Positions 18,349 through 20,000 of a stretch of 20,000 nt of DNA are shown here, one piece after another. Position numbers and translations under genes: made by a program. Under the pieces are notes generated by a model. It saw only the letters and a list, made by a program, of their open reading frames with translations, did not search any database and was not told the DNA's origin. The DNA is from an uncultured virus (IMG/VR IMGVR_UViG_3300032288_004324) (lineage: Duplodnaviria > Heunggongvirae > Uroviricota > Caudoviricetes): IMG/VR virus record IMGVR_UViG_3300032288_004324; one strand, given 5' to 3'. How positions within the stretch are numbered: position 1 is the first letter of the stretch; the number at the start of each line of letters is the position of its first letter.

Positions 18349-19761
18349 GTGGAAAATAAAATAACTATCTCGGACCAAATAAACAAAGACTATAGAAAGT
18401 ACGCTCTTTACGTTATACAAAGTAGGGGGATACCTAATTTCTATGACGCATTAACTCCAGTACAAAGATTAATATTACAAAATTCACCGAGCGGTTTTAA
18501 AAAGACTGTTGGTGTAATAGGCGAGGTTTTTAGCACTGGATTATACCACCACGGGGATTCTTCTATGGCTCAAGCAATATCTAAATTAGCTAGACCTTTT
18601 TCTTGCTCAGATCAGATATTACTTGGTGATGGGTTTTTTGGTACTCCAGTAAACCCTGTTCCTTCTGCTCCCAGATATACACAGGTAAAAATATCCAATA
18701 AATATAAGGAAATAATAGAAAAATATAAGGATTTAAATATAGCTAACGAGGAGGGGGGTTTTGATTGGATACACGTAGATTATCCCGTTGGATTATCTAC
18801 TCATATAGTTGGTATCGCAGTGGGATATAAATCAAATATACTTCCGAGAAAGCCTGATGATATAGTTTCTTATTTAGAAGGAAATAAATCTAAAAAAATT
18901 AAACCATATTTTAGAGGATTTAAAGGAAAGATAAGTAAAATGGATTCCCTTAAATCTGCTTGGCTTATAGAAGGAGATGTTGATATAGATTTTCAATCTA
19001 GAACATTTAAGATAAATTCTATATCTCCTTTACAAAGATATGAATCATTCTTTATTAGACTTAACAATTTATTAGATCGTAGCGGATTAAATTATAAAAT
19101 GGATAATTTCTCTACAGAGGAGGTAAGAATATCTATAAAATTTAGATGTACAGATCAAGAATTTAAGGATATATCTAATTTAGTATCTAAAGAAACTAAA
19201 CAAATAGTAACAGAGAATATAGTTTTTGTTAGGGACGGATCTGTTTTAGAATATGATCATATAGAAGAATACCTAGAAGATTTCACTGTACATAGAGAAA
19301 GGACTATATTGAAAAGGCTAGAGAGAGATCTAATTTATCTAAGTGAAAATTTAGAATTTTTGGAAGCTAAGCTTAAATTTCTTATCTTTATGCAAGATAA
19401 GAAAAGAGGAAACGATGAGGTTCTTGAATTTTTATCCAATTATAAAAAAGAAATATCTAGAAGATTAGAGTCTATATCACTTGTAAAATTAACAAAAGAG
19501 GAAATAATTAAGACTAAAGAAGAAATTAATTCTATTAAATCTGATATAAAGAATAAGAATGAAGATATTAAAAATCAGAGGGTGATTGTTAAAAAGGTGG
19601 AGAAGGAGAATTCTATATTGAGAAAGTCATCTAAATCTAGAATGACATCTCTTTTAGAAGATGTAAAAGAAGATTTTTATAACGGAATAGGGATCTTTGA
19701 TCCCGAAAATGAAATTTTAGAAGAAGAACAAGAAAATGAATTAAATATAGAAAATGAGTAA
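18349..19761 (+). CDS. type IIA DNA topoisomerase, breakage-reunion subunit (T4 gp52, GyrA/ParC-like, no C-terminal pinwheel)
   Basis: YALYVIQSRGIP..YDALTPVQR, YHHGDSS, GFFG, SAPRYT (catalytic Tyr) and GIAVGY; 470 aa with an acidic tail. Confidence 0.95.
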   Translation: MENKITISDQINKDYRKYALYVIQSRGIPNFYDALTPVQRLILQNSPSGFKKTVGVIGEVFSTGLYHHGDSSMAQAISKLARPFSCSDQILLGDGFFGTPVNPVPSAPRYTQVKISNKYKEIIEKYKDLNIANEEGGFDWIHVDYPVGLSTHIVGIAVGYKSNILPRKPDDIVSYLEGNKSKKIKPYFRGFKGKISKMDSLKSAWLIEGDVDIDFQSRTFKINSISPLQRYESFFIRLNNLLDRSGLNYKMDNFSTEEVRISIKFRCTDQEFKDISNLVSKETKQIVTENIVFVRDGSVLEYDHIEEYLEDFTVHRERTILKRLERDLIYLSENLEFLEAKLKFLIFMQDKKRGNDEVLEFLSNYKKEISRRLESISLVKLTKEEIIKTKEEINSIKSDIKNKNEDIKNQRVIVKKVEKENSILRKSSKSRMTSLLEDVKEDFYNGIGIFDPENEILEEEQENELNIENE

Positions 19762-20000
19762 GAAACAACAAAACTGGAATTTTAGGATAACTAACCCAAA
19801 TAATTTTATATCCTTTTTGAAAAAATTAAAATTAGTAGACAAAAGCGTTCCACTAGAGATAGAGGGTGGTAATTTATTTGCTAAAGTTAGAACCCCCGAT
19901 AAATCTGTTATAAAATATGTAAGTGTAGAAATTAATGATATATTAGAGGGTGATTTACCTCCTAGCAGATTAAAAATAGGTATATTAGAAATAAACAAAC
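19754..20000 (+). CDS. 5' part of a gene running off the window, possibly a sliding clamp (gp45/PCNA-like)
   Basis: ATG 19754 overlaps the topo stop by 8 nt. Open frame MSKKQQNWNFRITNPNNFISFLKKLKLVDKSVPLEIEGGNLFAKVRTPDKSVIKYVSV... shows a beta-alpha-beta-beta-beta pattern like a clamp domain. Confidence 0.55.
   Translation, partial: MSKKQQNWNFRITNPNNFISFLKKLKLVDKSVPLEIEGGNLFAKVRTPDKSVIKYVSVEINDILEGDLPPSRLKIGILEINK

Overview
AT-rich, densely coding, almost entirely + strand window that reads as part of a large T4-related (jumbo/'huge') bacteriophage genome using the standard code. A Bacteroidetes host is inferred from the NrdAe/NrdBe-type RNR, the short-lid Adk and SD-less A-rich starts. Replication, nucleotide and repair genes: the N-terminal half of a split family-B DNA polymerase, a gp56-like dCTPase/dUTPase, nrdB, nrdA, adk, T4-type topoisomerase II subunits (gp39+60 and gp52), an MBD4-like glycosylase, UvsE and a probable sliding clamp cut by the window edge. 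Other genes: DnaJ, a GT2-TPR glycosyltransferase, a GXT collagen-like fibre and several hypotheticals. Two layers are not captured by the gene calls. (1) About nine unrelated proteins share a short F/Y-x-x-F-x-x-E type tag resembling the T4 capsid-targeting sequence, six at the N-terminus and three at the C-terminus. (2) Two candidate promoter classes partition the genes: RATATATA lies before tagged/structural genes and GAAAC-N18/19-TAAAA lies before the polymerase, nrdA and both topoisomerase genes. All family calls come from motif recognition by eye; no database searches were run.
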